Virus record (IMG/VR): IMGVR_UViG_3300015050_000653
Location: 1 to 49,112 of that record
Strand: one strand, 5' to 3'
Origin: a virus
Taxonomy: Duplodnaviria; Caudoviricetes
DNA: 49,112 bases
Every line of letters begins with the position of its first letter. The stretch's first letter is position 1. Shown here in pieces: positions 44,441 to 49,112 of this stretch. The notes under the pieces were generated by a model that was given only the letters and a program-made list of their open reading frames with translations, did no database searches and was not told the DNA's origin. The position numbers and the translations under genes were made by a program.

Positions 44441-47400
44441 CGCCTGATCGGCTTGCGCCTTTTTGACGTTAGGCCGCGTGTATTCGTAGGGCATCTTGAA
44501 CGCGCCTGCCGTCCGGGCAAGCGCCGCAACCTGACCGAAGCGCTGGAACGCGATAGCCGCAGCCTCGGAGTTCTTTGCTGTTTCCAGTCGCGCCATAGCG
44601 ATTTCAAGGTTGGCCGCGTTACCTTCTTCTTGAGCCTTATCAACCGCCGCCTGCGCTTCAACGGCTTCCTGATGAAAGCCCTTCGCAAGGTTTCCGGCGA
44701 ATTCGGATTCGGCCATCGACGCTCCGATGACAGCCATATCCATCATCTTGAAGTGCTTGGTTCCAGGCTTGAACAGATCAAACGCATCTTTCGCATTCGC
44801 CTTAGCCATCCAGTCGCCATTGTCATCCGTCGTAAATGGAACGCCCTTCTTGGGCTCCGTGCCGAGGCGCTGCTTCAGGTTCTCGGATTTTCCAGCGCCA
44901 CCCTGATAAAAGAACTCGTTGAGGTTTGACGCGCGCTTGCCCATCGCCTTACGGCCAATCATTGTATCAGATGTCGTCGGGGTCGCGTCTGAGACAAGCC
45001 GGTTGAGCGATGCGGCTTTTGTGGCTGACTCCGCTGCGGTCTTCTTAACCGCACCCTTACGCATCAACGCGCCAGCGAGAACTCCAGCCCCGATGCCAAG
45101 CCATGGCCCAAGCTCGCGCGCCAGTTCTACGGTCGCGTCAGGCTTTGTGCGATCAAACGCACCCTTCATCTCGATTTCAGCGCGCCGTTTTTCGGCCTTT
45201 CCTGAAATATCCTTTTCTCGCGCCTGCCCTTCGCTGATTGCGGTTTCAAGGTCTTTGCGTGCTGTTTGAATAGCCGCGCGCGTTTCAGGCCCAAGCTTGC
45301 CGTCTGGCTTTCCGTCCGCGCTGATCTTCAAGCCGCGCGTCTCGGCAAGGTAGGCCTGCTTTTCTTCAACCGTACCGTTGAGGATGATATCCAGCTCGGC
45401 TTCCAGCTTCTTGATACGCTGGCGCTCACCGTCGAGCGGTGCAAGGAACTCGTTGCTTGCCTCTGCCTCTTGCGCGTCAGCCACGCCGCCAAGCGCGCCA
45501 ATGCCGCCGACGGCCCCGCCAGCGACCATGCGCTTGGTGGCAGACCGTGGCTTGATGTTCTTGAGGGCGTTCACACCACGCTTCGCGATGTTCCCGCCAA
45601 CTACGCCGCTGACAAGACCGCCCATGGCGTTGAGGCCGCGATCCTTGTCATCAATGACGCCGTCTTGGTTCGCGTCTGTGGGGTTGCCGAAATAGCCAGC
45701 CACTCCCCCGCCAATGCCGCCTACAGCTTCCGGTGAAGCCCCCATCCCAGCCAGAAGCTTGCTGCTTCCTGATTGAGATGGGTCGAACTTCGCAAACTTG
45801 CCGCGAATGTTTTCAGGGTCGAACACCGCGTAAATATCGCTCGGCCCCGCGCCACCTTTGCCGGCTTCATCGCGGACGTTCTTGAAGATTACGCCGTCAT
45901 GGCCATTCGCTTGAGCATAGTCGATGGCCTCGCGGAACAGAGTGTTGTCGTACTCTTTGATATCGTCCACAACGTAGGGATTGCGAAGGCGAGAATAGAC
46001 TGGAAGCACTGCTGCGCCTTCGGTCATGTCGATCGACTTCTCGACCGAAGTCAGATTGTCTTGCGCCGCAAGTTGTTTGTCCCGGTCGACCTGTCCCATC
46101 CAATTCTTCTTGCCGAGCGTATCTTTCCACTCTTGGCGGGCCTTCTGATAGGCTGGGTCAGCGTTGCGCTTGTCGATACTGCCAGCATATGCCGCCTCAT
46201 CAGCGTACCCGCTTGCAACCTTGGGACTGGTCGAGAAGAAGAACGCCTGACGCGCGTCGCCGTCTTTGAAGACCTTGCCGCGCATCGCCTTGTCAAAAGC
46301 TTCGAAATCGCTCGCCGTCCCATGATACAGCGGCGTATCGACATCAAACCCCTGCTCTCTCGCTCTTCCCATCCTTGAGGCTTCATCCATGGGGAGGGAT
46401 TTAGAGGAGCCCAGCTTGACCTGATCAGACACCAGAGAAACAGCCTCGCCTCGTCTGATCTTGTCCTCTATCATGCGCCGGAATGTGGGATCGGCGATCT
46501 GTCCAGCAGAGAGCGCATCCAGTGCAGCGTTAGGATCGGACCTATCGACGAACTTGCCGTTCGAACCGATGAAGCCTTCCTCGATCCTCTCCTTGCCAAT
46601 CGGGACGCCAGCAGCCTCTGCATCCAGCAACGCTTGATCATGCGTCTCAGCCGAGAAGACTTTGCCCTTATAGCGGATAGCCGCTGCGCGGAGACCCTTC
46701 GAAGAGCCTCCCCCAAATCCCATTCTCTCTGGAGGACGGGGGGCAGCTGACGCAGGCCCACCGAGGCCAGTCGTCGGCCCTGCCGGACCAGTCGGAGCGG
46801 GCGTAGGCGTAGGCGTACCGCCCCGGGGCTTCTTCCCGGCGAAGATGCGGGCCAGATTCTCGGGCGTGTCACCAGCCAGAAGCATCTGGCCCATGAGGTC
46901 GCGCTGGGCTTGCGTGTAGGAGCCGGATTGAGACATCCGGGCAAGCAGCGCCTCCAGAGGATTGCGGACTGCTCGGATGGCTTCAGCGGCAGCGGGGAGA
47001 GCCCCCTCGCCTGCGCCCATCATCGCCTGAGATGTCGGAGACCCAATGTTTGGGTTCTGCCTCTGTGAGTTCTTTACAATCGTCTGATCAGCCCGCAGGC
47101 GCGCGACCAGTTGGTCGGCAGTGTTTTGATCAAACACTGCGCCGAGAATCTGACGCATCCGTTCACTCGACAAGCCGTCAACGCCTCGGCCCTTTTCGAT
47201 GTCCAGAGCCAGCTTTTCGACAACACCCATCTGTAGGGCCGTCAGCGGCTTGCCGGTGAGTTTTGACGCAATAACGCGGACCTTCTCAACCAGCAGCCCA
47301 CCGCCAGCGACTTTCGCGCCTTCCTTGCGAGCGGCGCGCATACGCGGCGCGTCGGCTCCGTCGCGAACCGCCTTGTAGTCTGGCATGAGCCCATCAAGCT

Positions 47401-49112
47401 CATTCTTGACCGCAGCCCGGGCCTGTTCAAGCTCATAGGCCGCCTGACCGCCTGACCGCTTCTGGGTTTCGATGGTGCGATCCAGAGCGCGCTTGACCAG
47501 ATCCCATGTGCGCGCGTTGCTCAGCGCCTGCCCTGCGGTCGTCTGGAGGCTTTCAGACGCCTGGATTGCGCGGCGCACATAGGGGCCGACGACCGGATCG
47601 TCAGCAAGCTGCATCAGGCGTTCAGAGTTGACCCCAGCGTTTTCTGAAAACAGCTTTTCGTAAGCCGGGCTGATTTCCTCGGAAGCTTTCTTGATGGCGT
47701 CGTCAATATCCGTCGAAACGGTCGCCGGGTTAATTCCAGTAGTTTCCTCGACGGCTGAAAACAAACGACCGGCGCGGTTTTTGACGATGTCCATGCTTCG
47801 TTCAACGGCTGCGTCTGGCGTTGATCCGGGCAGGCGGGAAAGGCCAACAGTGGTATTCAGGCCCTCCTGCGTCATGTCGGAAATAGACACGTTGTCATTA
47901 TTTCCGAAGCGGGCTCTCTTGTTAGAGGAGACAGCTTCAGGCGACGGCATACCAGCCGCGACAAGCGGCTTGCGCACAACTCTGGCTGCAACGCGCTCGT
48001 CAAACGCAGAGCGGGCAGCAGGCCCCATCGTGGCCCTTCTGCCAGCCCTCCAGCCGCGCCCTGCCAAACGCGGGGCCAGCATACCAGCAACCGCGCCCGT
48101 CACAGGGTTGACGATATCGGGACCGCCGCCACCATCACCAGAGGCCGCAAACGAATCGCCAACGCCGCCCGCCATAGCGCCCACACCGCCGCCGACAATG
48201 CGATCAAGGTTCCTGCGCACGACACCGCGTCCCATGGGCTCAGGCGGGGCTGAAAACGGCTGTGGGGCCTCCTGCGGGGCTTCTTGTACGGCGGCTGGCT
48301 CAACGACGGGAGCAACCGCCGGTTGAGGCGCTGCTTCCGCTGCTTTGACAGCATCAAACCCTTCCGCCGCCCTTGAGACTTGAGCGCGCAGAGCGCTGCC
48401 GGGCTTGGTTATTGTGTTGCGGGCGGCATTTACGGCAGCAGACCCGAACGGGGTGACGCCCAGCGTACCCATGAGCAAGTCGGGCGTCGCTTGGCTATAC
48501 TTGCTCTGCGCTTCAGCCATGTCGCCAGAAACCGCAGCGCCAGCCGCGTCTCTCAGGCTCGTCAGTCCCCGCCCCGCCAAGTGCGTTGGCTCCATGGCGT
48601 CAACTAATTCAGCAGTTCCGGCATACGGGTCTTCAGCAATCCTTGCGGCAGCGTCAGGAATGAACCGGACCACGTCGTTGTTCGGGTTCTGCCCGGCGAA
48701 CGGGGTCACAACATCGCTTATGAACTGAGAGCCCTTGCGTTCGGGATCGATGGCATCCATCACGGCTGTGGAGCCTTGGGACAAGGCTTTATCGCCTGCA
48801 TTGAAAGTGCCAAGGATCGTGTCGCTGACGGCGTTCATTGCCGGGCCGCGTTTGGCGCGGAAGTCCTTGTTCTCCTTCTCCGCTTTGCGAAGATCGGCTG
48901 TGGCCTGCATACGTTGGGCGGCTGCTTCCGGTGACAGGAACGGGCTGACGGGAGCCGCATTCGCCGCAGCTGTCCGATCAACCTTGCGCCATTCCTCGCC
49001 CTTCTTAGGCGCGAGAGGATCGATCGGCTCGCTAGGCTGCACGTAGCTCGCCGTATACCCTGGCTTTAGCATGCCAGAGATGGCAGGCCCGTTGTCGCGC
49101 TCCGCATTGAAC
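44399..49112 (-). CDS. Giant ejection/internal virion protein with ADP-ribosyltransferase-like domain (1609 aa when joined across the ends)
   Basis: Third ejection gene; Gly-rich hydrophobic segments; internal LYHGT...FFFS...PVY...NP...GHDGVI...YAVFDP..I domain. Confidence 0.8.
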   Translation of the reverse strand, partial: FNAERDNGPAISGMLKPGYTASYVQPSEPIDPLAPKKGEEWRKVDRTAAANAAPVSPFLSPEAAAQRMQATADLRKAEKENKDFRAKRGPAMNAVSDTILGTFNAGDKALSQGSTAVMDAIDPERKGSQFISDVVTPFAGQNPNNDVVRFIPDAAARIAEDPYAGTAELVDAMEPTHLAGRGLTSLRDAAGAAVSGDMAEAQSKYSQATPDLLMGTLGVTPFGSAAVNAARNTITKPGSALRAQVSRAAEGFDAVKAAEAAPQPAVAPVVEPAAVQEAPQEAPQPFSAPPEPMGRGVVRRNLDRIVGGGVGAMAGGVGDSFAASGDGGGGPDIVNPVTGAVAGMLAPRLAGRGWRAGRRATMGPAARSAFDERVAARVVRKPLVAAGMPSPEAVSSNKRARFGNNDNVSISDMTQEGLNTTVGLSRLPGSTPDAAVERSMDIVKNRAGRLFSAVEETTGINPATVSTDIDDAIKKASEEISPAYEKLFSENAGVNSERLMQLADDPVVGPYVRRAIQASESLQTTAGQALSNARTWDLVKRALDRTIETQKRSGGQAAYELEQARAAVKNELDGLMPDYKAVRDGADAPRMRAARKEGAKVAGGGLLVEKVRVIASKLTGKPLTALQMGVVEKLALDIEKGRGVDGLSSERMRQILGAVFDQNTADQLVARLRADQTIVKNSQRQNPNIGSPTSQAMMGAGEGALPAAAEAIRAVRNPLEALLARMSQSGSYTQAQRDLMGQMLLAGDTPENLARIFAGKKPRGGTPTPTPAPTGPAGPTTGLGGPASAAPRPPERMGFGGGSSKGLRAAAIRYKGKVFSAETHDQALLDAEAAGVPIGKERIEEGFIGSNGKFVDRSDPNAALDALSAGQIADPTFRRMIEDKIRRGEAVSLVSDQVKLGSSKSLPMDEASRMGRAREQGFDVDTPLYHGTASDFEAFDKAMRGKVFKDGDARQAFFFSTSPKVASGYADEAAYAGSIDKRNADPAYQKARQEWKDTLGKKNWMGQVDRDKQLAAQDNLTSVEKSIDMTEGAAVLPVYSRLRNPYVVDDIKEYDNTLFREAIDYAQANGHDGVIFKNVRDEAGKGGAGPSDIYAVFDPENIRGKFAKFDPSQSGSSKLLAGMGASPEAVGGIGGGVAGYFGNPTDANQDGVIDDKDRGLNAMGGLVSGVVGGNIAKRGVNALKNIKPRSATKRMVAGGAVGGIGALGGVADAQEAEASNEFLAPLDGERQRIKKLEAELDIILNGTVEEKQAYLAETRGLKISADGKPDGKLGPETRAAIQTARKDLETAISEGQAREKDISGKAEKRRAEIEMKGAFDRTKPDATVELARELGPWLGIGAGVLAGALMRKGAVKKTAAESATKAASLNRLVSDATPTTSDTMIGRKAMGKRASNLNEFFYQGGAGKSENLKQRLGTEPKKGVPFTTDDNGDWMAKANAKDAFDLFKPGTKHFKMMDMAVIGASMAESEFAGNLAKGFHQEAVEAQAAVDKAQEEGNAANLEIAMARLETAKNSEAAAIAFQRFGQVAALARTAGAFKMPYEYTRPNVKKAQADQALILDAIRRSSNVP
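48990..49112. repeat. Direct terminal repeat, right copy (123 bp)
   Basis: Identical to 1-123. Confidence 0.95.

Noticed and set aside
1-49112. Full CtrA boxes (TTAA-N7-TTAA) and DnaA boxes at the phage origin
   Set aside because: None found by eye at the TTAA sites inspected; a proper motif scan is still needed.

Overview
This window is an apparently complete, circular temperate phage genome of about 48,989 bp. Positions 1-123 are identical to 48990-49112, and the junction falls inside a gene. It is GC-rich, podovirus-like (P22-type head-tail adaptor, tail stabilisation and ejection genes, no tape measure) and most likely infects an alphaproteobacterium. A divergent cro/cI switch with TTGCA-N3-TGCAA operators sits at about 26.3-27.1 kb. 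The leftward early operon encodes a DnaA-domain-IV protein, DnaB, a replication initiator with internal iterons, nucleases, a GcrA-like protein and a receiver-less CtrA/OmpR-type winged helix. The rightward operon encodes an Ala/Trp tetrad-repeat protein, a RecT-like annealase, an integrase, an intact attP matching the 3' part of tRNA-Ser(GCT), and an adenine methyltransferase. One long leftward late operon runs from terminase through portal, head and tail genes, across the sequence ends, to ejection proteins, tailspike and lysis genes. Four candidates stand out, all inferred from motifs without database searches. (1) A cassette between portal and scaffold pairs Ser/Thr-rich fibre-like proteins with a glycosyltransferase and a methyltransferase. 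(2) A 1609-aa ejection protein carries an ADP-ribosyltransferase-like domain bounded by repeated GSSK joints. (3) Truncated DnaA-, GcrA- and CtrA-like regulators occur alongside many C-terminal Ala-Ala ends. (4) Small antisense membrane-protein genes are hidden next to the ejection and tailspike genes.
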